A DNA stretch of 64,000 nt from Planctomycetota bacterium (GTDB lineage Bacteria; Planctomycetota; UBA8108; SXIK01), in NCBI GenBank assembly GCA_965223845.1, contig CBDCXR010000004.1, forward strand, positions 5,792,001 through 5,856,000, given 5' to 3'. Positions within the stretch are counted from its first letter, which is position 1, and every line of letters begins with the position of its first letter. Positions 16,859-26,669 of the stretch are shown piece by piece. The notes under the pieces are model-generated. The model was not told where the DNA came from. It did not search any database and was given only the letters and a program-made list of their open reading frames with translations. The translations under genes were made by a program, and so were the position numbers.

Positions 16859-19800
16859 TCAGTCCGCGGCGGCGGCCGCGGTTGCGAGTGCCTCGGCGAC
16901 GGCCGATGCGTCCCCGAAGAAGAGGGCTTCGATGTCCTGTGTGGCGAGGAGATCGGGACGCCACGGACCGCACCGCTCCGTGACCGCGATCCGGAGTTCC
17001 TCGAGGCGAGTTCCGTGCGCCTCGAGTGCGCGGAGGAGCACGGGGGCGGGCGCGTCTTCGACGAGCGACAGGTGGAGGAGAATGAGAAGCGTCTGCCCCT
17101 CACCCAAAGTGGGCAGGATCAAGATCCTTCGGCCGTCGGTTTGCCCGTAGCCGAGGTGGAGCGCGCGCCGTCGCACGACTCCCCACTTCGTTCCGCTGAG
17201 CTCGCCGCGGTCCTCCGACCGCGAGAGGATCCCGCGGGCGCAACCGCGTTTTTCCACGACTTCGATGGTCGTCGCATCCGTGGGTCGTCCCAGCGCGTCG
17301 AGTCCTCCCACCGAGTAGACGGTGGCGCCGTCGACCTTCAGAACGAGCGAATCGAAGGCCGCGACGAACGCGCGGGTCGATTCGGCGAGTTGCTCGACCG
17401 CGATTCCGGCCGCGCGAAGCTCGTCGCCGATCGCTCCCCTCGTCGCCTCGGAGCGAGAGATTCCGACGGTCACGGTCTTCGCTTGATGTTTGATCGCGTC
17501 GATCGGCCGCGCGAGCTCCTGAATAGCATCGGTGAGCGCGGCAAGAATGCGATCGACGGCCGAGCCGCCCAGCTCATCCGGGCTCTGCCGTCCGAGAAGA
17601 ACATCGATCGCGCGCGCGAGGCAAACCGTCGTACCCGACCCGAGGCCGCTGTCGAGCTGACCCGACTCGAGCTCCGCGTGAAACTCGAGTAGCTGTCGCG
17701 CCGATTCCGTGCCGACCCGAAGAACGGAGAGCGGGCTCGCGTCTTCGCTTCGATCCGTTGCGGCTCGCGTGAGCTCGGCGCGCACTCGCCGCAGGGTGTC
17801 GGCGCGAGCATCGAACGCGCGCGCGGCGTAGTAACCGAAGAGGTGGCCGACGACGGTCGGAAGGAGGTACGAAAGCTGTCCGGTGTAGCGAGGGACTCTC
17901 ACCTCGGCGGCCGCGTACGGAGCGAAGCGCTCTTCCCCTTCGTCGCAGATAACGATCGGCAGCGAGTCGTGCGCCTTGAAAATCGCGACCTCCTTCGCCA
18001 TGTCGGAAACGGTCGCCTCGCTCGCGCCGCTCGCGCAGACGAGAACGAGCGGCTCGGAGGAGAGATCGATGTGTTTCTTGTCCTCGATGAAGTCGGTGGC
18101 GATCGATTTGTAGCAGAGCTCGCTCAGCTTGATGCGAATCTCGTCGGCGGAGATCTTCGTCGCACCGCTTCCGACGATCGCCCAGTACATCCGGCCGAGC
18201 GCGCAGCGCGTCGCGATCGCTTCGACCTCGCCGCGCCGCTCGAGCGTTCGCGCCATCGCTTCGGGAAGCTCTTCGAGAGCGCGGAGGCGCGAGCGTGCCT
18301 CGTCGAGAGTCGTGACTCCGAGCTCGATCGCGAGCGCCTGCGCGAGCACCTCGCCCGCGACGTTTTGCGCGTAGAAGGCCTTCGTCGACGCGACCGACAT
18401 CTCGATATCGCGGCCGTCCGAGGTGTAGAGCACTCCGTGCGACTTGTAGACGAGGTCCGAGTTCCGTCGGTTGACGATTCCGAGCACCCAGGCGCCGCGC
18501 TCCCGCGCGAGGTCGACCGTGCGATTCGTGTCGGTCGTCGTTCCCGACTGCGAGATCGCGATGACGAGAGTGTCGGAGAGATCGCCCGAAAGGTGATGAG
18601 CGGACAGCTCCGTCGCCTTGGTGTCGATGATCGTGAACGGTCGCTCGCGTCCGTCGAGAGCTGAGCGCATGAGATAGGCGACGCCGCTCGCTGCGATCGC
18701 CGCCGTCCCCTGTCCGATGACGTAGATGCGGCGGACGGTTTCCGCGCGGAGTGCGTCGAGGAGCTCCCGCGGGAGGACGTCTTCTCCGAGGAGCGACTGG
18801 ACGTCGCCGTTCGCCCCGACGGCGAACTTTCCGCGGATGGTCTTTCGCACCGTGTCGACCGACTCGGAAATCTCCTTGGCGAGAAAGTGCGCGTGTTCGC
18901 CGCGGTTGATGTCGCGCGTCGTGATTTCTGCGATGCGAACGCGCTCCTCGGTCATCGGCTCCGGGCCCGACGCACCGACGACCTGCATTTCGACTCCGGC
19001 CCCGCGCGAGTCGAGGACGAAGAGCTCTCCTTCGGGAGAGTGCTCGCCCTCCGCTTTCACGTAGCGCCCGGTGGTCTCGACGAGACCGTACATCTCGGAC
19101 GCCGCGGCGACACCGTCGGGCGCGAGCCCGAAGTACAGGCCCTGGCCGCTTCCCTTCTGCCCGAAGAGCGTCACGCCGGGAAGATCGGCGGCGATGAGGC
19201 CGATGGCCATCGAGCCTTCGAACTCGGCGAACGCGCGCCGGAAGGCTTCGACGACGTCGCCGCAGCCTTCGAAGTGGTGCTGAACGACGACGGGGATGAT
19301 CTTGGCGTCGGTGGTGAGCTGCTCGTCGAGTCGACGATCGCGTCCGTCGATGTAGCGCGCGCGCAGGTCTTGGTAGTTGTCGATGTCGCCGTTCAGCGCG
19401 GCGACGAACTCGCCGCCGTGGATTCGCTGGCCATCCGCATCGAGGAGTGCGCTATCGACCGGATGGCAGTTCTCCTCGGAGATCACACCGTTCGACGCCC
19501 AGCGCGTGTGCGCGAGGATTTGGAGTTCGACGTCTTCGGTGGCCGCCGCGGCGAAGAGTTGGTCGTCGAGGATCGCACGCCGGAGCGCCGCGACGTTGTC
19601 GCCCATCTTCCCGATTTCGCTCGCGGTCTTGAATGCAAAGAGAAGCGTGTCGCGACGGCTCGCGGGCTGAACGACCGCGCCGCCCGTGAACGCGCCGGCC
19701 GAGCGCAGCGCGACTTCGTGTCGCCAGCCGGAGCTCTCGTCGGGGCCGTCGAGAAAGCTCTCGAGCTCCCCCGCGCCCGGAAACCGGACATAGACCGCAA

Positions 19801-20362
19801 TCCCCGCGGAGTCCCGTCCGCGCACCTCGAGGCGATTGAGGCTCGAGAGGAAGAGATGGAGCTGCCACGCGCGCTCCATCGCGCGATCGGTCGTGCGAGT
19901 CGCTAGCTCGGCGTCCAGTGCCGGTCCAGCGAGCTCGCGAACGGCGTCGAGCTCAGCGAGACAATCTTGCTCGATCTGCCAGACGACGTCGCGCGCCGCG
20001 ACGATCAGGCGGCGCGCGAATTCCCAATCGCGCTGTCGCGAGAGCTCGGCGCTTGCGAGTGCGGCGTCGAGCGACTCGGCCCACTCGCCGAGGTCCCGCG
20101 CGGCGCACTCGAGTCGCGCGGCGAGGTCGCCATCGCGAAGGACGCGAAGAAACCCGGATCGTTGGACCCACGCGTACGATCTCTCTCGCACGTTCGCCAT
20201 CGTGCCGTCGACCGAGTCGCGTTCGGCGTCCGACAGACCCGCCAGACGGTCGAGCCAGGCGCCTGGATCGAGCGCGCACAACTCGCGGACGCCCGCGAAG
20301 AAAGCGTCGTCCGCCAGGTCGAGTTCGGTTCCACCGCTCGCAAATCCAAAGATGCCACACAT
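16859..20362 (-). CDS. glmS: Long-form glutamine-fructose-6-phosphate aminotransferase-like protein (GATase II + 2 SIS + extensions)
   Basis: N-terminal MCGIFG, RGRDSAG, HTRWASNG, NGDIDN, SQSGTTTDT, VASTKAF, KLSELCY...KKH, AKTVTV; 1167 aa. Confidence 0.82.
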   Translation of the reverse strand: MCGIFGFASGGTELDLADDAFFAGVRELCALDPGAWLDRLAGLSDAERDSVDGTMANVRERSYAWVQRSGFLRVLRDGDLAARLECAARDLGEWAESLDAALASAELSRQRDWEFARRLIVAARDVVWQIEQDCLAELDAVRELAGPALDAELATRTTDRAMERAWQLHLFLSSLNRLEVRGRDSAGIAVYVRFPGAGELESFLDGPDESSGWRHEVALRSAGAFTGGAVVQPASRRDTLLFAFKTASEIGKMGDNVAALRRAILDDQLFAAAATEDVELQILAHTRWASNGVISEENCHPVDSALLDADGQRIHGGEFVAALNGDIDNYQDLRARYIDGRDRRLDEQLTTDAKIIPVVVQHHFEGCGDVVEAFRRAFAEFEGSMAIGLIAADLPGVTLFGQKGSGQGLYFGLAPDGVAAASEMYGLVETTGRYVKAEGEHSPEGELFVLDSRGAGVEMQVVGASGPEPMTEERVRIAEITTRDINRGEHAHFLAKEISESVDTVRKTIRGKFAVGANGDVQSLLGEDVLPRELLDALRAETVRRIYVIGQGTAAIAASGVAYLMRSALDGRERPFTIIDTKATELSAHHLSGDLSDTLVIAISQSGTTTDTNRTVDLARERGAWVLGIVNRRNSDLVYKSHGVLYTSDGRDIEMSVASTKAFYAQNVAGEVLAQALAIELGVTTLDEARSRLRALEELPEAMARTLERRGEVEAIATRCALGRMYWAIVGSGATKISADEIRIKLSELCYKSIATDFIEDKKHIDLSSEPLVLVCASGASEATVSDMAKEVAIFKAHDSLPIVICDEGEERFAPYAAAEVRVPRYTGQLSYLLPTVVGHLFGYYAARAFDARADTLRRVRAELTRAATDRSEDASPLSVLRVGTESARQLLEFHAELESGQLDSGLGSGTTVCLARAIDVLLGRQSPDELGGSAVDRILAALTDAIQELARPIDAIKHQAKTVTVGISRSEATRGAIGDELRAAGIAVEQLAESTRAFVAAFDSLVLKVDGATVYSVGGLDALGRPTDATTIEVVEKRGCARGILSRSEDRGELSGTKWGVVRRRALHLGYGQTDGRRILILPTLGEGQTLLILLHLSLVEDAPAPVLLRALEAHGTRLEELRIAVTERCGPWRPDLLATQDIEALFFGDASAVAEALATAAAAAD

Positions 20363-20558
20363 GAATCGAGGTCCTCGAACCGTACCGGGATCGTCGATGC
20401 ACCGGAGGCGTGCACTCGGGAGAGACGAGCGTTCCCCATTGCGTCTGGGGCGCTCCGTCGAGCCCGTTTTTTTCGGGAAGGCGACAAGCCGAAGAAGAAT
20501 ACCCCGGAGAACGCGGCGATCAACTTCCGAGTAGATCGATCGCGACCTTCTCGTCGAA

Positions 20559-22547
20559 TCAGCGCGGGTCTTTCTCTGGACGAGAGGCGACTTCGTTCGT
20601 AGCCGCCCATTCGACGCCGGCGCAGAGGAGGTGCGCGAATCCTGCCGTCTCTCTCGCCTTTCGATCGTGACCGAGCGCGATCACGACGACGCGGCCCTTC
20701 CCGGCGGTCGATGTCCAGGCGAGCGGCTCCTCTCGGCCGCTCCAGTCCGAGTGCGCACTCGCGAGAACATCGATCGGTCGATCGCCTTGGAGTCGCGCGT
20801 AGAGCTCGTCCTCGATCTCGAAATCCTTTAGCCCGCGGGTGATCGGATGCGGCTCCGTGCGAACTCGGACCTTGAAGCGTGCGGCCGGGCCGTGTCCGGA
20901 AACTTTTTTTCCGTCCTGACGCCGCACCCAGTACCGCCCGAGCATCGTCCGGTATTCCGGCCAGTCTTCCCACGCGTTGAGCGCGAAGTGGAGAGCGACG
21001 AGACCCTTTCCGCCCTCGACGAAGCTCTCGACGTTTCGTCGCGCCGCCTGCGAGAGAGTTTCGCTGAGACGATTGCGTAGGTTCACCACGATCGCGTCGT
21101 AGGAACCTAGCGTGCTCGCCTCGAGGACCGCAGGCTCTTCGCTCACGACGACCTCGAACCGACCCGACTTCTCGAGTCGCTCGCGCGTCACCGCCGTCGT
21201 CGTTCGCCAGTCGTGAGCGGGGACGTCGCGCCCGGTGACGATGAGAACGCGAAGCTTCGGCGATTCGCCGGCCGGAGCTCGGTCGGGCGGCTTCGCCGAA
21301 TCGGAAGCGGACGCTGCGAGGAGACGGAGCTCGCTCGGATCCACGTTCTCCGAACAGAGCATCCGCGCACGAGCATCGCCGCGAAGGTATCCTTCGAAAA
21401 ACGCGGTCGAATAGCCGTTGATGATGCGCTTCGCGACATCGATCGAGAGAAAGCCGTCGCCGATTCCATCGCCGAAATCGGGGTCGATTCGATCCATGTC
21501 GGAGAACGAGAAGTGCCCCGCGCGCTCCAGGTTGAGAAGATACCGCGGTCCCGTGCAGTCGTGGTAGTACGCCGAGCTCAGGCCGTTTCCCGCCGCCTTC
21601 ACGGTGTCGTCGAGGCCCGCGAGCATCACGAAGATCGGAGTCGCTCCCGGTGCGCTTCCGAGCGCGACGGTCATCGGAATCGCCGCTTTCACGCGCGGAT
21701 CGGTCTCCGCGACTCGACACGCGGTGAATCCGCCGAAGGAGTGTCCGAGGACGCCGATCGCGCTCGCATCGATCGCGTTCGCGAAGCGCTCGAGCGCGCT
21801 CTCGGTTTTTCCGAGAAAGCAATCGATCAGGTAGCTGACGTCGGCCGGTCGATCGATCGCCGAGCGGTTGCGCGCGGAGCCTCCGCGTTTGTAAGGGAGA
21901 ACGCGATCGGCGAAGACGGTCACGCCTGCGTTTCCGGTGTGGTCCGGGCTCGCGACGACGTAGCCGTGACTCGCTAGGTGCTCGACCTGAAAGACGCTTT
22001 GATGGCGGATGCCGCCGTTTCCGTGAGAAAAGACGAGCAGCGGAAAGCGGCCCGCTCTCTGAGCGGCGCCCCGCACGGCACGGCAGACGAATCGCCGATT
22101 CGTCTCTTCGAGAGTTCCGCCGAAGTGCTCGACGAACGACTTCGCCGCATCGTCGTGCCCGCGAAAAAACTCGACGAAGCTCGTCGCGGGCTTCGATCGC
22201 GCCGCCTCGACGGCCGGATACCAAACTTCCGTGACGAGGGTGCGTGGTCCGCCGGCGTAGACGTCGTCGCGGGACGCATCGACGACGACGAAGGTCTGCA
22301 CTCCGACCGGATACGGCCCCGGTTTCGCGTACGCCCCGAGCTGAGAGGCGCCTTGCGCGTTTGCGAGCTCGCGGCGCGCCGACGTCTCTCGTTCGTTCGC
22401 GGACGCGACCGCAAACACGAATAGAGAGAGAACGAAGGCTGAGCGAACGCCGAACGGTCGCCGTTGCGATGTCGAGTGACGAGAACGCATCGGAGATGCT
22501 CCTGCTGCAATCGGCGCGGGGCTCGATCGATGACGGATGCGGCTCAC
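20559..22547 (-). CDS. Secreted alpha/beta hydrolase fused to ThuA-like domain
   Basis: PGPYPVG, VWYPA, PLLVFSHGNGG, nucleophile GHSFGG, AGHFSFSD; C-terminal ThuA-like LVALH, HPITRGLKDFEIEDELY, EPLAW, GRVVVIALGH. Confidence 0.85.
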   Translation of the reverse strand: MSRIRHRSSPAPIAAGASPMRSRHSTSQRRPFGVRSAFVLSLFVFAVASANERETSARRELANAQGASQLGAYAKPGPYPVGVQTFVVVDASRDDVYAGGPRTLVTEVWYPAVEAARSKPATSFVEFFRGHDDAAKSFVEHFGGTLEETNRRFVCRAVRGAAQRAGRFPLLVFSHGNGGIRHQSVFQVEHLASHGYVVASPDHTGNAGVTVFADRVLPYKRGGSARNRSAIDRPADVSYLIDCFLGKTESALERFANAIDASAIGVLGHSFGGFTACRVAETDPRVKAAIPMTVALGSAPGATPIFVMLAGLDDTVKAAGNGLSSAYYHDCTGPRYLLNLERAGHFSFSDMDRIDPDFGDGIGDGFLSIDVAKRIINGYSTAFFEGYLRGDARARMLCSENVDPSELRLLAASASDSAKPPDRAPAGESPKLRVLIVTGRDVPAHDWRTTTAVTRERLEKSGRFEVVVSEEPAVLEASTLGSYDAIVVNLRNRLSETLSQAARRNVESFVEGGKGLVALHFALNAWEDWPEYRTMLGRYWVRRQDGKKVSGHGPAARFKVRVRTEPHPITRGLKDFEIEDELYARLQGDRPIDVLASAHSDWSGREEPLAWTSTAGKGRVVVIALGHDRKARETAGFAHLLCAGVEWAATNEVASRPEKDPR

Positions 22548-23887
22548 TCCGCGCGACTTCCGAGACGCAGCTCGAGCGTCACCGGCTTCCCGTCGCGGAC
22601 CACCTGCAGCTCGAGGAGGTCGCCGGGATGGTACGACTTGAGGAGCGCGGTGAGATCGACCGTCGACATGACCGACTTCATCGCCACCGTGCGGATCACG
22701 TCTTCGGGCTGAAGGCCCGCCACGGCCGCGGGTCCGTTCTTCACGATCTCATCGATCACGACCCCTTCGACGGGATCGACCACCGTGCGCGCCTGGAGTC
22801 CCAAGTACGGCTTCGCCCCTTCGTAGAGGGCTGCCTTCAGCTCCACTCCGTGATCGTCGCGGAGAACGCGCACCGTCACCCAGGAGCCCGCCGGGTAGGT
22901 TCCGATGATTCCGTGGAAGCGGTTCTCGGTCGTCGCGCGCAGGCCGTCGATCGACACCAGGCGGTCGCCTGCGCGGAATCCGTAGCGGTCGGCGGGCGAT
23001 TTCGCATCGACGCGGACGATCGGAAGACCTTCGCCCGAACCGACGCGCCGGCCGACGTGGAGGCCGTGAATCCGGCCGTGGCGGACCGCACCACCACCGG
23101 CGCGCTTGAGAGGTTCGAGAAAACGGCGGATCTGGTTGCTCGGGATCGCGTAGCCGACACCGGCGTTGATGCCGACGCCGAACGGATTCTCGATCTTGCC
23201 GTTGATTCCGACGACCTTTCCGTCGAGGGACAGAAGCGGTCCTCCGGAGTTGCCGGGGTTGACCGCCGCGTCGACCTGGATCGAGTCCGGGTAGGCGTGG
23301 GAGTAGCGGTGAACGGCGCTCACGATTCCGAAGGAAACGGCTGGCTCGTAGTCGGGCGGTGCGTCCTTCAAGAAGAGCTCCTGCGAACCGACGAGAAACG
23401 GATCGCCGACGGCGATCACCGGCTGTCCGATCTCGAGACGGTCCGAGTCGCCGAGCGTGAGGTGCGGCCGCCCGGGCGGCTCCCTGAGCTTCAAGAGCGC
23501 GAGATCACCGCCGGGATCGTGGCCGACGAGATCGGCCAAGAGATGTTTCCCGCGACGGAATTTGACGAGGAGCGCTTTCCGAACTCCGCCTCGTCCCATC
23601 ACGACGTGCTCGTTGGTGAGAACATAGCCGTCCTCGCTGACGAGAAATCCCGAGCCGCCCTGGATGAAGACGACGCTCTCCATAACTCGATCAACGGTTT
23701 CGACGAGCTTCGCCTCGAGCTGGCGAAGGCGTTCGAGGTCGCTGCTCGGGGGGAGGTCGAGGGAGCTCGTCGCCACGGGCGGAGCCTCGGCGGCGTTCGC
23801 TGCCTCACCGCCGATTTCGCTCGCGCGGAGTGCCGCCGCTCCGGCGAAGAGGAAAACCATCGCGAGGATCGAGCGGGACGCGATCAC
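22544..23887 (-). CDS. HtrA/DegP-like trypsin serine protease with two PDZ domains (intact triad)
   Basis: LTNEHVV, GDLALL, VNPGNSGGP; two PDZ segments (SPADRYG, GPAAVAGL); GTG 23887 overlaps upstream stop. Confidence 0.9.
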   Translation of the reverse strand: MIASRSILAMVFLFAGAAALRASEIGGEAANAAEAPPVATSSLDLPPSSDLERLRQLEAKLVETVDRVMESVVFIQGGSGFLVSEDGYVLTNEHVVMGRGGVRKALLVKFRRGKHLLADLVGHDPGGDLALLKLREPPGRPHLTLGDSDRLEIGQPVIAVGDPFLVGSQELFLKDAPPDYEPAVSFGIVSAVHRYSHAYPDSIQVDAAVNPGNSGGPLLSLDGKVVGINGKIENPFGVGINAGVGYAIPSNQIRRFLEPLKRAGGGAVRHGRIHGLHVGRRVGSGEGLPIVRVDAKSPADRYGFRAGDRLVSIDGLRATTENRFHGIIGTYPAGSWVTVRVLRDDHGVELKAALYEGAKPYLGLQARTVVDPVEGVVIDEIVKNGPAAVAGLQPEDVIRTVAMKSVMSTVDLTALLKSYHPGDLLELQVVRDGKPVTLELRLGSRAE

Positions 23888-25062
23888 GGGTTCCTCCTCG
23901 CTCCGAGCACGGCGTCGGTGGTGAGCGCGTCGCCGTCGCGGAGAAGTTCGATGTGGATGCTGTCTCCCGGCTTCTTGAAGAAGATCACTCGGCGAAGGTG
24001 GTCGAAGTTGTCGATCTCGATCCCATCGATCTTCAGAATGCGGTCGCCGCCTCGCAGGCCGGCCTTTGCCGCTCCGCTGTCCGGGAACACATCGCGTACG
24101 AGTGCGCCGGTCTCCCGAAAGTCGCTCTGATCCCAATAGATGCCGAGAAACGTCCGTGGTGGCGCGGAGATGGTCTCGCCGCGCTTGAGGCGCGGAAGGA
24201 TCTCGAGGAGGGTCGAGATGGTCGTTCCGAATCCCACCCCCGAGTTGATCCCCCACTGCGGCTGATGGTGGCCGACGAAGCTCGCGATCGCGACGACTTC
24301 GCCACTCAAATTGAGGAGCGGTCCGCCGACGTTTCCGTAGTTCAGCTCGGCGTCAGTTTGAAACGCTCGGCCACCGTTCCGGCCCATCGCGCTCACGATG
24401 CCCCGGGTCACGGTGAGGCGTCGGGGATCCGGCGATCGGCCGAGCGCGTAGACGAACTGCCCGGCTCGCGGCTTTCCTGCCGCCGCGAGTGGGAGCGCAG
24501 TGAGTCTCGGCATGGGTGCGGACTCGACCGTCACCGCCGCGTTCCGCTGCTCGGCGGGTGAGTTCGTCTCGCCTCGCTCCTCGTCGTCGTTCGACTCCGA
24601 CCGGATCGCGAGAAGCGCGACGTCGTCGAGCTCGCTCCGCCCGCGGATCTCCGCCGCGTGCTCGGTTCCGTCGGGGAGGATCACCGTGATCGACTTCAGC
24701 TTTCCCGCAACGTTGTAGAGACTCGTCAGGATGAGCCCGCTCGTATCGACGACGAAGCCGCTTACGACGTCTTTCGGGCGCTGGAAGTATGCCTTCGCCT
24801 CGTTGGGGCGGAGTCGCTGCGCCACGCGAGCCGCGGGGAGATCGCCGTCTTTCTCTCGCTCGACTCGCACTGCGACGGTAGCGGCCGCAGCGGCCTCGAG
24901 CAGATCGCCGAGCGACGAAGGACGGGCGGAAGTCGCTGCTCCCGTCTCCGTCTCCGCTGCGCGCGCGGAGTCGCCCATCGGCGGCGTTCCCGTTACGACG
25001 AGCGCGATCATCGCGGCGAGGAGAGGCGAGATCCATCCCGGCTGATTCGCGGTGCTCGTCAC
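23884..25062 (-). CDS. HtrA-like trypsin-PDZ protein, predicted catalytically inactive
   Basis: Trypsin fold motifs with ILTSLYNV (no His) and TDAELNYGNVGGP (Ser to Val); one PDZ domain. Confidence 0.85.
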   Translation of the reverse strand: MTSTANQPGWISPLLAAMIALVVTGTPPMGDSARAAETETGAATSARPSSLGDLLEAAAAATVAVRVEREKDGDLPAARVAQRLRPNEAKAYFQRPKDVVSGFVVDTSGLILTSLYNVAGKLKSITVILPDGTEHAAEIRGRSELDDVALLAIRSESNDDEERGETNSPAEQRNAAVTVESAPMPRLTALPLAAAGKPRAGQFVYALGRSPDPRRLTVTRGIVSAMGRNGGRAFQTDAELNYGNVGGPLLNLSGEVVAIASFVGHHQPQWGINSGVGFGTTISTLLEILPRLKRGETISAPPRTFLGIYWDQSDFRETGALVRDVFPDSGAAKAGLRGGDRILKIDGIEIDNFDHLRRVIFFKKPGDSIHIELLRDGDALTTDAVLGARRNP

Positions 25063-25063
25063 G

Positions 25064-26098
25064 CTAGAACTTCCCCCAGAGGAGAATCTTGACGACGCGC
25101 TCCTTTCCCTCGGCGCGCGTCTTCAGCTCGACCGACTCGCCGGGATGCTTCGCCTTGAGACGGCGGCGAAACTCCGCGGCTGAGGGCACCGGGGCGCCGT
25201 CGATTTCGAGCACGAAAGTCCCCGAGCGGAGCGCCGCTTCGGCCGCGGGGCTGTGGGGATCGACCGCGAGGATCCGCAGTGTTCTCGCGTCGGAGTCTTC
25301 GACGCGAAGCCCGAGGAAGGATCCCGTCGGCGCGATGCGTGCCTCCGGCACCGGTCGTCCCTCGGCCCGGGCGAGCTGCGTCCCGTCTCCGAGCACGTCC
25401 TCACCGACGTGCTCGCGCAAGAGATGTCGGATCGTATCGATCGGAATCGCCGTGCCGAGCCATCGACTCGTCGAGTAATTGAGGCTGAGAACTCCGATCA
25501 ACTGTCCGCGGCGACCGAGGAGCGGGCCCCCGTCCATGCCGTTGTTGACCGGCGCATCGGTCTCGATCACCGCGCCGGTGTGCGTCGCCTCCGATCTCGC
25601 TTCGGCCAGGCGAAAGAGCCCGCTGACGAGGCCGGACGCCATGACGACCTGATCGTCACGCTGGATGCTCTCGAACGCGTTCCCGAGCGTGTAGACGCTC
25701 TCTCCGAGTCGAACCGCCGCGGACCGGCCGATCGTCACGGCCGGGAAACGGGCGGTCTCATCGCTTTCGATGCGAAGGAGCGCGAACTCGAGTGACTTCT
25801 CGAGTCGAACCGGCTTTGCCGTGAGGACGCGCCCACCACGAAGGTAGATGCGGATTCTCGACGCCCCTTCGGGAACGACCGAGGTCGACGTGAGGACGAC
25901 GCCGCGCGAATCGACGATCGTCCCCGTGCCGAAGTAGCGACCGTTCGATGGTCCGCGGCACGTCACGCCGACGACAGCGGGTGACGCGCGGCGATAGACG
26001 GTCTGCGGATTCGGAATCGGTTCGCTCACCTCCGCGGCCCATCCCGCGGGAGCGGGCGCGCGTCCGAGACTGACGGCGACGAACGAGACCGCGAACAT
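25064..26098 (-). CDS. HtrA-like trypsin-PDZ protein, predicted catalytically inactive (start uncertain)
   Basis: GTGTIVD, VLTSTSVV (no His), LEFALL, TDAPVNNGMDGGP (Ser to Asp); one PDZ domain; signal-like MFAVSFVAVSLG. Confidence 0.8.
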   Translation of the reverse strand: MFAVSFVAVSLGRAPAPAGWAAEVSEPIPNPQTVYRRASPAVVGVTCRGPSNGRYFGTGTIVDSRGVVLTSTSVVPEGASRIRIYLRGGRVLTAKPVRLEKSLEFALLRIESDETARFPAVTIGRSAAVRLGESVYTLGNAFESIQRDDQVVMASGLVSGLFRLAEARSEATHTGAVIETDAPVNNGMDGGPLLGRRGQLIGVLSLNYSTSRWLGTAIPIDTIRHLLREHVGEDVLGDGTQLARAEGRPVPEARIAPTGSFLGLRVEDSDARTLRILAVDPHSPAAEAALRSGTFVLEIDGAPVPSAAEFRRRLKAKHPGESVELKTRAEGKERVVKILLWGKF

Positions 26099-26669
26099 CA
26101 CGCCTCGGAGAACGCCCCTCTCCCCCGGGCGCGGACTCGGGCTCCTCCGCGAACGAGTGCACCCGGCCGCGTTCCGTCGCTCTCCGACGGGCGGGGCCTC
26201 GGTTCGGGCTGGGCTCGACGTGGCTTCGAAGTCGTACAAAAAAAATCCGGGGATCGGGAGGCGGGTCGCGGAGGAAGGGTTCGTGACTTGAACGGGACTC
26301 CGGCGTCGAAATCGGGCCTTCGCACGGCGATTGCGCTCGCACAAAGACTTCCACATCCTGAGGTGTTTTGGGGGTTTCGTCAACAACGGCCCGGCGGGCG
26401 CTCGCGTCGGAACTCCGGCGCGCGTTTCCAGTTCGGGGACTCGACGGAGTCGGTTTGGCGGTCGCTCGGTAGGGGCTGGAACTCCACGACCGGATGAACT
26501 CGGTGGCGGCGACGGTAGAATTCGGTCGAAACGCAAGTAGGAGATCCTCAAGGAGCCGCGTCCGGCGAAACGCAGGATTCGTCCATCGTTTGAGTCTCGC
26601 ATGTCGTCGCCGCTACTCGGCTCGTCACTTTGCCGCTCGCCGATCCTCAGCTCACCGTGGAGCGAATCC

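Noticed and set aside
20363-20558. glmS ribozyme upstream of the glmS-like gene
   Set aside because: An AGCGCC occurs on the minus strand, but the conserved GACGAGG core does not follow it.
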